This document shows, piece by piece, positions 53,331 through 64,000 of a DNA stretch of 64,000 nucleotides. Origin of the DNA: Eledone cirrhosa (Eukaryota). The stretch is taken from contig OZ024764.1 in assembly GCA_964016885.1 (NCBI GenBank), positions 24,428,001-24,492,000 of the forward strand, written 5' to 3'. The notes under the pieces were generated by a model. That model had not been told where the DNA came from, made no database searches, and saw only the letters and a list, made by a program, of their open reading frames with translations. Numbering within the stretch: the stretch's first letter is position 1; each line of letters starts with the position of its first letter. A program made the position numbers and the translations under genes.

Positions 53331-53952
53331 TATTACAGGCCTTCCCTCCAAATGTGTCTTTATATATCTCTGCCCTATACTTAAACTCTGACCTCTGACA
53401 TTTCTTTCTTGTCAATACTATTTTGAGACAACTTTCAGTTCCACCTGAACAAACTTGCTAACATACTGGGCTATTTAAAACAGTAGGGAATAATTTGAGG
53501 GAGATTCAGCTGCTATTGTTAGCAGGTCTATCTATAATGTATAGGCCAACAGCTTACATCAGGGTTTCCCAACCTTTTCCCAACCAGCGTCCCCACTCCC
53601 CATAAACCTTTTTGTCCCCCCCCCCTCCCCCCTTCAAATTAAATTGCCAAGATACTGAATTCATCTAACATCGAATGGGTACAACACCTAAACAAATGTG
53701 TGTGTGGGTGGTTGGACTTTTAATCACCAGGGGTCAATTTAAGTTCAATCACAGAAAGGAATTCGAAACAGCAACACACATATCCACAACACATACCCAT
53801 ACATACAGACACATACATATCAGCCACTCCCAAAAGCCAGTTTCATCCAAAATTCTGACCACCATTCTTTAGTGGGAGTTTGGCTCCTCTGTGTTCAGAC
53901 ACATTTATCAATTCTATGTTATTGTATTTGGCATCAGTTTGTTTTCTTCCCA

Positions 53953-55903
53953 TTAACCCTGTAACATTTACATTACTCTATATATACCATTGTATTTTCA
54001 CAGTAAAGGCTTTACCTCACATAATATCTCACATAACATTTACATTACTCTATATATACTATTGTATTGTCACAGTAAAGGCTTTACCTCACATAATATC
54101 TCACATAACATTTACATTACTCTATATATACTATTGTATTTTCATGGTAAAGGCTTTACCTCACATAATATCTCACATAACATTTACATTACTCTATATA
54201 TACTATTGTATTTTCATGGTAAAGGCTTTACCTCACATAATATCTCACATAACATTTACATTACTCTATATATACTATTGTATTGTCACAGTAAAGGCTT
54301 TACCTCACATAATACCTCACATAACATTTACATTACTCTATATTTACTATTGTATTGTCACAGTAAAGGCTTTACCTCACATAATATCTCTCATAACATT
54401 TACATTACTCTATATATACTATTGTATTGTCACAGTAAAGGCTTTACCTCACATAATACCTCACATAACATTTACATTACTCTATATTTACTATTGTATT
54501 GTCACAGTAAAGGCTTTACCTCACATAATACCTCACATAACATTTACATTACTCTATATATACTATTGTATTTTCACAGTAAAGTCTTTACCTCACATAA
54601 TATCTCACATAACATTTACATTACTCTATATATACTATTGTATTGTCACAGTAAAGGCTTTACCTCACATACTATCTCACATAACATTTACATTACTCTA
54701 TATATACTATTGAATTTTCATGGTAAAGGCTTTACCTCACATAATATCTCACATAACATTTACATTACTCTATATATACTATTGTATTTTCATGGTAAAG
54801 GCTTTACCTCACATAATATCTCACATAACATTTACATTACTCTATATATACTATTGTATTTTCATGGTAAAGGCTTTACCTCACATAATATCTCACATAA
54901 CATTTACATTACTCTATATTTACTATTGTATTGTCACAGTAAAGGCTTTACCTCACATAATATCTCACATAACATTTACATTACTCTATATATACTATTG
55001 TATTGTCACAGTAAAGGCTTTACCTCACATAATATCTCACATAACATTTACATTACTCTATATTTACTATTGTATTGTCACAGTAAAGGCTTTACCTCAC
55101 ATAATATCTCACATAACATTTACATTACTCTATATATACTATTGTATTTTCACAGTAAAGGCTCTACCTCACATAATATCTCACATAATATTTACATTAC
55201 TCTATATTTACTATTGTATTGTCACAGTAAAGGCTTTACCTCACATAATATCTCACATAACATTTACATTACTCTATATATACTATTGTATTTTCACAGT
55301 AAAGGCTCTACCTCACATAATATCTCACATAATATTTACATTACTCTATATTTACTATTGTATTGTCACAGTAAAGGCTTTACCTCACATAATATCTCAC
55401 ATAACATTTACATTACTCTATATATACTATTGTATTTTCACAGTAAAGGCTTTACCTCACATAATATCTCACATAACATTTACATTACTCTATATATACT
55501 ATTGTATTGTCACAGTAAAGGCTCTACCTCACATAATATCTCACATAACATTTACATTACTCTATATATACTATTGTATTTTCACAGTAAAGGCTTTACC
55601 TCACATAATATCTCACATAACATTTACATTACTCTATATATACTATTGTATTTTCACAGTAAAGGCTCTACCTCACATAATATCTCACATAACATTTACA
55701 TTACTCTATATATACTATTGTATTTTCATGGTAAAGGCTTTACCTCACATAATATCTCACATGACATTTAATCTGAGATTTTGGTATTATTTATTTCGAG
55801 AACAATACCTTCACCTAAGTATGAGTGGCCAGTTATAGCCAGTTTGAATAGAAAGAAGTGAGGGAATTCTGGCCGGATATGGCTGGTTTAAATGCTAAAA
55901 GGA
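53953..55903 (+). repeat. 72-bp satellite (~53962-55770) inside a second TTAA-CCCT MITE copy
   Basis: TTAACCCTGTAACATTTAC at the start; aatctgagatttt..gagtggccagtta..ggtttaaatgctaaaagg downstream, as at 41270-41619. Confidence 0.85.
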
Positions 55904-56278
55904 TATATTATTTTTAAAAAATTGAATATGTATAGACCAACTCAGCTTGCATGTATGTATGTTGTTCTAGAAATTCAGCTGCTATTTTTAGCAGGTCTAG
56001 CTATAATATATCATCATCCTGTGGCCTCAGCCAAAATGGACTCAACAATTGATCTCCACGTGGGTCTGTCGTTCATTGCCGTTGCCAAGTCCTGGATTTC
56101 AATACCAGAATCTCTGTAGATGACATCGGGGTAGGAGAGCTTGTGTCCCCTGTTATTAGTGACTGCTTGTGGTTTCTAGAGCACTAATGGGGACACAGCC
56201 TCAGAGCTGGTACGATGGCAGTGGCCAGCAAATCTTACTCTCCTTATACGTACGACAGATATGCATGGGAGGCCGGCT

Positions 56279-56916
56279 GACATGTCTGTATGTTGTTCTA
56301 GAGATCCAGCTGCTATTTCTAGCAGGTCTAGCTACCATCTATAGAACAACTGACATGTCTGTTGTTCTAGAGATCCAGCTGCTATTTCTAGCAGGTCTAG
56401 CTACCATCTATAGACCAACTGACATGTCTGTTGTTCTAGAGATCCAGTTGCTATTTCTAGCAGGTCTAGCTACCATCTATAGAACAACTGACATGTCTGT
56501 TGTTCTAGAGATCCAGCTGCTATTTCTAGCAGGTCTAGCTACCATCTATAGACCAACTGACATGTCTGTTGTTCTAGAGATCCAACTGCTATTTCTAGCA
56601 GGTCTAGCTACCATCTATAGAACAACTGACATGTCTGTTGTTCTAGAGATCCAGCTGCTATTTCTAGCAGGTCTAGCTACCATCTATAGACCAACTGACA
56701 TGTCTGTTGTTCTAGAGATCCAGCTGCTATTTCTAGCAGGTCTAGCTACCATCTATAGAACAACTGACATGTCTGTTGTTCTAGAGATCCAGTTGTTATT
56801 TCTAGCAAGTCTAGCTACCATCTATAGAACAACTGACATGTCTGTTGTTCTAGAGATCCAGTTGTTATTTCTAGCAGGTCTAGCTACCATCTATAGAACA
56901 ACTGACATGTCTGTTC
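56279..56916. repeat. 69-bp minisatellite (~9 units)
   Basis: gacatgtctgttgttctagagatccagctgctatttctagcaggtctagctaccatctatag; single related copies at ~55940-56005 and ~53500. Confidence 0.92.
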
Positions 56917-57084
56917 TGGTTGAACAAGTAAGGAATGTTTAGTTCTGTTTCTATTTGTGGGGATTAATACCTTGGAGCTTTCATGAGGCCCCAGCCTGTT
57001 ATTAGTGTGGCTGGGTGGGGTGTATGTGTGTATGTATATATGTATATATATGTGTGTGTATGTATATATGTTTATGTATGTATG

Positions 57085-57114
<30 letters not shown>

Positions 57115-57117
<3 letters not shown>

Positions 57118-57985
57118 TTTCTCTTTCTCTTAATTTCGAGTATATTTTTTTGACCGGCCACCTTCCTGGTGGCAAGGTTGTAAAAGAAAAGAAATTGTCA
57201 TCCCTTGAATCGCAAGAATGTTTTGCAAATTTTGAAGGTGCCAGCTTTCGCAGCCACTTGTAGACTATGAATTAGGGAGCTGCGCTCTTTGTCCGCAAAT
57301 CCAAGTTCAGTCATACTTTGGTCCAAATGGGTTGGTATATAACCCGTAGCTCCAATAATGATGGGTATGAAACTAAAGGTGTATCTTGGATACTGGATTT
57401 GTAAACTCCTCATCAATGGTCCGTAGATGTCCTCTTTCTCTTGTATTTTTCTGACAACGTTTACATCAAGTGGGCAGCTGATCTCCACAACAGAACACGT
57501 TTTCAATGTGTGGTCCCAAACAACAATATCAGGCCGGTTGTGCTTTAATTTGGTAGCAGTTTTTATTTTCAGGTTCCACCAGTATTCCTTAGTGCCATCT
57601 GTCTCAATATATTCTTCCTCGTTAGTTGTTAATTTTGTTTTCCGAAGTGCGTTCCAGATGGTTCTAGCTATCCCATCGTGTCTCATGGGGAGGTAGTAGC
57701 GAGATGACATTCTTTCGCAGCTGGCAACAATGTGGCTTACATCCTCGATCTTTGTTTTACATAGCCTACATTTATTGTCAGCTGATGGCCCTCCTCTTTT
57801 GTGCAGCAGATATTTGGTAGGGAGTTCTTGTTCCTGTATTGCATAGAGATATCCCTCAAGGTGTGATGTCATAAACTTGTCGGAACTCCATGCCAGGCTC
57901 TTTGAGTGGTTTATCCCATCTATGGTCTGTGTTTTACGTCTCAAGTATCCATGCACAACTTTTTCTGTAAATTGGTCAATTTTTT
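57115..57985 (-). mobile_element. 5'-truncated RLE-type non-LTR retrotransposon (R4/NeSL/CRE-like)
   Basis: CRLC..EDVSHIVASC knuckle, RHD, RPDIVVWD..VEISCP..K..Y PD-(D/E)xK-type nuclease. Confidence 0.88.
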
Positions 57986-58720
57986 CAATGTATGTATGTA
58001 TGTTTGTTTGTATATATGTATGTATGTATGTATGTTTGTTTGTATGTTTGTTTGTTTGTAAATATGTATGTATGAATGTATGTTTGTATGTATGTATATA
58101 TATTTCTAGGCATGTATGTGTGTATGTATGTATGTGTGTATGTATGTTCTTCTGGTTTTATAATTTCACAAAGTTTTACCAATAGAGAGAGAGTCGGTTT
58201 CTAACATAGACACAAGACTCTCAGTGGAATTTACACAACATCAACTAGGTAGATATGTATGTCTGCATGTGTAGATATGGATGTTATTGTATGTGTGGAT
58301 GTGGATGTTTTGAGTTGTATGTGTGCATGTGTATATGCTTTGTATCTGTACATGTGTATATGCAGTTATTAGATACAACATTTTTGGAATGTTTTACATA
58401 TTTTTACTGTTCCATTAATGGATTGTACTTGTAATTTCCTAACTAGTGTTCTTTCTGTATGTATGTATGCATGTGTATATATGTAAATGTATGTGTATAT
58501 ATTAATATGTATATACATGTGTGCATGTGTATGTATATGTGTGGGGACATAGAAATAATTGGGCTGGATACCCAATCCGCAGTTAAACCACTGGGAGTGA
58601 AGGACCCCTAGCCTTTGTCAGGGCATTCTTCTAGAAGGCAACTCAGGAAACTGGGATAACTCTGACATAAAACCTGCGGCTCAGTAGTTACCGATGATGT
58701 TAATCTTTTCTTCTTTTCAG

Positions 58721-58782
58721 GTTATAGCTACTGTCTCTCAGAGAGTGGGATTGGCTCAGTGCACAGTCTTTCCTCACTTTAA
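58721..58782 (+). CDS. Candidate terminal exon of the mucin-like gene
   Basis: Strong cttttcttcttttcAG acceptor. Phase 2 gives ML*; phase 1 gives YSYCLSESGIGSVHSLSSL* but needs an intermediate exon I could not find. Confidence 0.4.
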
Positions 58783-58949
58783 AACATATCTTCACACACA
58801 GGCATTGCAGGATGGCATTAATTGATAATTTAATGTTATATCGTGCAATAGCCATACTCGATAACAAGGGGGCAACCATCATGTATGTATATATGTATGT
58901 CTATATGTATATATTTATATATAAATGTAATCTGAGTTTTTCAAATATT

Positions 58950-59072
58950 AATAATTGTTTCTACTTTTGGCACAAGGCCAGCAATTATCCAGTGTATTAC
59001 TGGTACTTTATTTTATCGACCCCGTAAGGATGAAAGGCAAAGTTAACCTCGGCGGGATTAGAACTCAGACTC
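58950..59072 (-). mobile_element. Meta-like SINE 3' part
   Basis: Reverse complement of ~24945-25065. Confidence 0.8.
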
Positions 59073-59077
59073 TATGC

Positions 59078-59677
59078 GTCACATAATATCCCACATAACA
59101 TTTACATTACTCTATATATACTATTGTATTTTCACAGTAAAGGCTTTACCGCACATAATATCTCACATAACATTTACATTACTCTATATATACTATTGTA
59201 TTGTCACAGTAAAGGCTTTACCTCACATAATATCTCACATAACATTTACATTACTCTATATATACTATTGTATTGTCACAGTAAAGGCTTTACCTCACAT
59301 AATATCTCACATAACATTTACATTACTCTATATATACTATTGTATTGTCACAGTAAAGGCTTTACCTCACATAATATCTCACATAACATTTACATTACTC
59401 TATATATACTATTGTATTTTCACAGTAAAGGCTTTACCTCACATAATATCTCACATAACATTTACATTACTCTATATATACTATTGTATTGTCACAGTAA
59501 AGGCTTTACCTCACATAATATCTCACATAACATTTACATTACTCTATATATACTATTGTATTGTCACAGTAAAGGCTTTACCTCACATAATATCTCACAT
59601 AACATTTACATTACTCTATATATACTATTGTATTGTCACAGTAAAGGCTTTACCTCACATAATATCTCACATAACAT
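59078..59677 (+). repeat. Third 72-bp satellite array (~8 units)
   Basis: Same unit as 39050 and 53962. Confidence 0.95.
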
Positions 59678-59878
59678 CTCGTATACGAGAGACGTGTGTG
59701 AACAAGCTCGGCTACCGAGTCGGATTTACTTACTCAAAAAGTGAGTTTTGATTAATTTTTTTATACTGTAATATACGTTAACCCCTTGCCTTGGTCGTCA
59801 AACTTTGAGTTTATTTATTTTCGCCCCTTTTTGGGGCGAATTTTCCAGTTAAAAATTTATTACGGCAAACTAATAGAA

Positions 59879-61612
59879 ATGGACGGAATTTTCACATCTC
59901 ATCCTAACGTGAAAGCCACGCCCCCTAAGAAAGGTGATACAGAGAAGCTAGAAGCACAAGGCTCTAAGTCTTCCCTCCTCACTTCTGCAAAAGAAACATG
60001 GAACACGGAATTAAAAGAAAAATTTGTAGAAATGGGTGAAAACCCAGAAAGTCACATAAACGCAGACAAAAACATCAACGACAATAACAGCAATAGTCAC
60101 AACACCAACCAAGGAAAAAATAACGATAACACCAAACAAAGTGAACCCACTACTGGTACCTCCTTTGCACAGGCGGTCTGGAAAACACAAACCTGCAAGC
60201 AACTGGACATTACAACTCTGAGAGAAAAGATGAAGGAAGCGAAACAGTATGTAACTTTCAAAGAAGGAGGAGACTTCACAATCACCTCCCCACAAGAAAT
60301 CAAAAGAGACACGACGCTAAGAACGATATCTTTCAGAACAATTTCCAACATAACAAGGAAACCAACTCAATTATCCCAAAAAGAGATTGAGCTGGTCCTA
60401 AAAAATGTGTGGAGTGATATATCGTTCATACAAAAAGGGCCACTCTATGGGAATATAACGGTCCTAATGAAGGATCAATTGACGGCCAGGAAATACTCTG
60501 TGGCACCAATTGTTTCCAAGATATATACATTTTTCCCCACATATTTAGGGAAAAGAACGCAGAAGATAAGGGTCTCCGGAATCCGGCCAAATGCATGCAT
60601 TTCCTGGGTACTAACAGGATTTTTAGAAGACGAGGACGGAATCCTCTCAGTAGGAGAAGTCACCACAGACGTTTTCGGCGGTTTGAGCGTGGAGGTTCTG
60701 GTCCAAATGAGACCAGAACGAATCGCTAGAATACCACAGAGGGTGTCCCTCGATGGAGAAACATTTATATATATTTCAGCCGAGGGTAGGAGGCCCATAT
60801 GTTACTACTGTTCAAGCAGGGGTCATCTAAGGGCTGCTTGTCCTCAATTGACAAAAAAAAAGGCTCTTTTGCCTACACCCCACACACCACCACCGCCACC
60901 ACCACCACCACCACCACCTCCACCACAACAACGACAAAAACAACAGGGAAAAATAACACAAGACACGGCCCCACCCAAAACAACTCCCAAAACACACACA
61001 AATACAACAAAACCCCAAAATACACCACTACCCGACAGCACGGACGAGGACCCAGCGGAAACGGCACCTAGTGACGAAGAGGGGGAACCCTTCCAACCTG
61101 TAAAAAGGAAAAAAAGAAAGCACCACTCGAACATAAACGAAACAAACACACAACCACCAACAAAAACAAAACAAACAGAACAAACAAAATCCGCCCCACC
61201 CCAAAACATAACACATACAACAAAACGTAAGCACACACAAGAACAACAAACAAACACAACACAAATAAAACAGTATACATACATTAACACAAATAACAAA
61301 GAACTAGTAAAAACAATACACAAAGACCCTTTGGTGGAAACTGAAGGACAATTCTTTGCAAGCGCGGCCAACAAACCGCATTTAAAAATGATAAGACTCC
61401 CAATGGACACCTATGCAAAACTAAGAGAGAACTTTCCTGAGGACGTGGGGAAAACATGTACTCGACCCTATAACCGCGTCCTCTTGAAACGTTTCCCCAC
61501 CCACACCTCACCAAACACCCCCACTCCACCACAGAACAACACCCCACCAAACAACCCTTCCAATACGCCCATGGATATTGTGCAACCTGCTCCTCAGGAG
61601 CCGAACAGGTAG
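59879..61612 (+). CDS. Tx1/L1-clade LINE ORF1 (gag-like, CCHC knuckle)
   Basis: Open frame from ATG 59879; CYYCSSRGHLRAAC; Pro/Thr/Lys-rich tail; directly upstream of the APE-RT ORF. Confidence 0.85.
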   Translation: MDGIFTSHPNVKATPPKKGDTEKLEAQGSKSSLLTSAKETWNTELKEKFVEMGENPESHINADKNINDNNSNSHNTNQGKNNDNTKQSEPTTGTSFAQAVWKTQTCKQLDITTLREKMKEAKQYVTFKEGGDFTITSPQEIKRDTTLRTISFRTISNITRKPTQLSQKEIELVLKNVWSDISFIQKGPLYGNITVLMKDQLTARKYSVAPIVSKIYTFFPTYLGKRTQKIRVSGIRPNACISWVLTGFLEDEDGILSVGEVTTDVFGGLSVEVLVQMRPERIARIPQRVSLDGETFIYISAEGRRPICYYCSSRGHLRAACPQLTKKKALLPTPHTPPPPPPPPPPPPPQQRQKQQGKITQDTAPPKTTPKTHTNTTKPQNTPLPDSTDEDPAETAPSDEEGEPFQPVKRKKRKHHSNINETNTQPPTKTKQTEQTKSAPPQNITHTTKRKHTQEQQTNTTQIKQYTYINTNNKELVKTIHKDPLVETEGQFFASAANKPHLKMIRLPMDTYAKLRENFPEDVGKTCTRPYNRVLLKRFPTHTSPNTPTPPQNNTPPNNPSNTPMDIVQPAPQEPNR

Positions 61613-61633
61613 GTCCTTCCTCTTTTAACCAAC

Positions 61634-64000
61634 ATGGCTGATATAAGAGTTGGGTGTCTGAATGTACGTGGCCTGGGACTGTCTTGGAAACAAGGCAAAC
61701 TTTTAAACGATCTCAGGTCGCATAGAATGGATGTAATGGCTATTTGCGAGTCCAGGATCAGCAGCGAGCACCAACTGGCGCCCCTCTTCGACGACTTTGA
61801 GATCTTCGCATCTCTCTGTCAACCGGGGGGTGGGGGTGGAGTTGTCGTTCTGCTGCGAAAACACCTGGGCCTCGCCATACAGAAGGTGCACCTGGACCCG
61901 GAGGGTCGACTGGTGGTTTTAGACGTCGGCAGTAGTGAAAGTGGAGCCCTTAGACTAATAGCTGTGTACGCCCCTTTTTGGGCAGCGCGGCCGGAATACT
62001 TCCAACGTCTGGAAACTTTTCTGGGAACGTCCCGCTCCTTGCTTTTAGTGGGGGACTGGAATGGTATCCTGGATGCACGTTGGGACTATGTAGGGGCATG
62101 TGCCAATAGAGGGGGGTGTAAAAGCCTCAAAAGGTTAATCGGCCGATTTGACCTGGCCGATAGATATCGACTAGATTTTCCGACTGTACCACTATGGACG
62201 TGGACCAATCGCAGTGGAACATCTAGGTCGTACCTAGATAGGGTCCTAGTTAGAGAGAACGATAGGGACACATTTAGCTGTCCAAAAATGTTCATGGTTG
62301 ACTATTCGGATCACAAGTTAGTGACCTGCATAGCCAACCTTGATAGAACCCATAGACAGGGACCCGGTTACTGGAAGCTGAACTTGTCCTTACCGAGAAG
62401 CAAAGCTTACAGTAAACGGATTAGCACGTTAGTTAAGCAGAGTTTGACAGGGGCAATTGTCAACAACAGGTGGTGGAGCTCTCTTAAGAGAGCAATTAGA
62501 ATAGAATCGATAGGTTTTAGTCAGGAATTAGCAAGGGATAGGAACAAGACGGAAAGGGAATTAGTAGATAGAGTAGAAGAGGCGATTAGGAGTGGCAATG
62601 TAGCCGGCGTGCTGGCATCAAGAATGGCCTTAGACCAGTTCTTTGAGGTGAAGCATGAAGGCTGCGTTGTCAGAAGTAAAATACGTGCTCTGGGTAATGA
62701 GGGAGCCAAAGCTGTAAGCTGGGCCCGAGTGACAGAGGCAAAAAGTGGGAACAAGTCCACGATTCGGTCTTTGAAGAACCAGGATGGGCGTGTGATCCTT
62801 GAACCTGGGCAGATGTGTGCGGCCTTTCAGCGGCACTTTGCACGACTGTTCGAGAGGGGCGGCGCGCCGGGTGAGACTATGGATTTCAATCCATACCTCG
62901 ACGGTCTGCCGCGCCTCTCGGACGCGGAGGCGAAGTCCTGCGAAAGGACGATTTCAGCTGCTGAGATAGGGGCGGCGCTGAGCCAATGCGGCAAACGCAA
63001 ATCCCCGGGTCTCGATGGTCTACCATACGAGCTATATGTAGCAATGCCGGACTTGTTCTCCGATATCCTCGAAGCGGTCTACTGCAACTGGCAGCAGAAC
63101 GGGAGAATTCCCAGTTCTGTGACCAAGGGCGTAGTTACGCTGGTGAGGAAGGATGAGAACAAGGGGGATGACATAAGTAACTTCAGGCCCATAACTCTGC
63201 TAAATACAGAGTTAAAGATTTTGGCCAAGGTGTTAGCGAAGAGGTTGGCGCTTGTCGTTGGAAACCTGGTGGGAGAAGCGCAGACATGCGCAATCCCGTC
63301 CAGGTCCATTCACGACAATCTCCACCTTATGCGATACATCATAGAGAGGGTAGGGAATGAACCCGGCTTTGGTGGGGCCCTGATCAACTTGGATCAATCT
63401 AAAGCTTTCGATAGGGTTGACCATCGTTACCTGGATGCGGTGCTCGCGGCGGCAGGCTTCGGACCCGTTTTCAGGGGTTGGATTGCTGCGATGCACAGCA
63501 GCAACGTCTGCTCAAGGGTCAAGGTGAACGGCCACCTCTCGGAGCCGTTCCAAATCATGCGATCCATCCGACAGGGATGCCCTCTCTCCTCCCTACTGTA
63601 TGTGCTGGCTCTTGAGCCACTACTGCGGAAGTTGGAGCGGTTGCAGGGCATCCCTTTGGAACCGGGATTGCAGAAAGCGGCGTCGGCCTACGCCGATGAC
63701 GTGACAGTAATGGTGTCGAAAACCTCGCAAATCGGTGAGATCGGCACCTTACTGGAGGAATATGAAAGGTTTACAGGAGCCAAGCTGAACCGGGACAAGT
63801 CCGTCGGTTTGCAACTCGGAACATGGAGAGGCAAACCGATGCCCTCCAACGACGTCGTCGGACGCTGGACGGAGGGCCCGGTGAAGCTGCTTGGGGTCTG
63901 GTTCGGACCAGACCTCCAGGTGGAGAAAAACTGGAACGAGGTAACGGCGAGGGTGTTTGCACTCACCCAGAAGTGGGCCCAGTGCAAACTATCCCTGAAA
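61634..64000 (+). CDS. Tx1/L1-clade LINE ORF2 (APE + RT), runs off the window
   Basis: MADIRVGCLNVRG, AVYAP, VGDWN, YLDRV, SDH, YWKLN, KSPGLDGL, FRPITLLN, DQSKAFD, RQGCPLS; YADD at 63689 is in frame with ATG 61634. Confidence 0.93.
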   Translation, partial: MADIRVGCLNVRGLGLSWKQGKLLNDLRSHRMDVMAICESRISSEHQLAPLFDDFEIFASLCQPGGGGGVVVLLRKHLGLAIQKVHLDPEGRLVVLDVGSSESGALRLIAVYAPFWAARPEYFQRLETFLGTSRSLLLVGDWNGILDARWDYVGACANRGGCKSLKRLIGRFDLADRYRLDFPTVPLWTWTNRSGTSRSYLDRVLVRENDRDTFSCPKMFMVDYSDHKLVTCIANLDRTHRQGPGYWKLNLSLPRSKAYSKRISTLVKQSLTGAIVNNRWWSSLKRAIRIESIGFSQELARDRNKTERELVDRVEEAIRSGNVAGVLASRMALDQFFEVKHEGCVVRSKIRALGNEGAKAVSWARVTEAKSGNKSTIRSLKNQDGRVILEPGQMCAAFQRHFARLFERGGAPGETMDFNPYLDGLPRLSDAEAKSCERTISAAEIGAALSQCGKRKSPGLDGLPYELYVAMPDLFSDILEAVYCNWQQNGRIPSSVTKGVVTLVRKDENKGDDISNFRPITLLNTELKILAKVLAKRLALVVGNLVGEAQTCAIPSRSIHDNLHLMRYIIERVGNEPGFGGALINLDQSKAFDRVDHRYLDAVLAAAGFGPVFRGWIAAMHSSNVCSRVKVNGHLSEPFQIMRSIRQGCPLSSLLYVLALEPLLRKLERLQGIPLEPGLQKAASAYADDVTVMVSKTSQIGEIGTLLEEYERFTGAKLNRDKSVGLQLGTWRGKPMPSNDVVGRWTEGPVKLLGVWFGPDLQVEKNWNEVTARVFALTQKWAQCKLSLK

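Noticed and set aside
52849-53391. Second Thr-rich ORF as a mucin exon
   Set aside because: No convincing splice sites, and it lies downstream of the TM exon.
56169-56942. 257-aa hydrophobic repeat ORF
   Set aside because: 69-bp minisatellite adjoining an antisense RTE remnant; no coding evidence.

Overview
AT-rich, microsatellite-dense eukaryotic DNA. The C2H2 zinc-finger style, RTE LINEs and CORE/Meta-type tRNA SINEs suggest a cephalopod, probably Octopus (inference). Host genes: (1) an 18-finger C2H2 gene at the left edge; (2) a spliced, apparently orphan type-I membrane mucin-like gene assembled by hand from four consecutive phase-2 exons (27146-28536, 30416-30586, 41657-41728, 49058-49132; possible last exon at 58721). 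The rest is mobile DNA: RTE LINEs, an apparently intact Tx1/L1-clade LINE at the right edge, RLE-type LINE ends, GIY-YIG (Penelope) fragments, SINEs, TTAA-flanked MITEs and many satellites amplified from TE pieces. The main hidden signal is about 13 minimal type-I hammerhead ribozyme motifs with canonical cores (CUGANGA...GAAA...NUH, self-complementary stem III; one has a non-cleavable GUG) plus several degenerate ones. Most sit in long inverted repeats; one pair lies in a 466-bp head-to-tail dimer with retrozyme-like architecture. All pairings and coordinates were read by eye; no searches were run.
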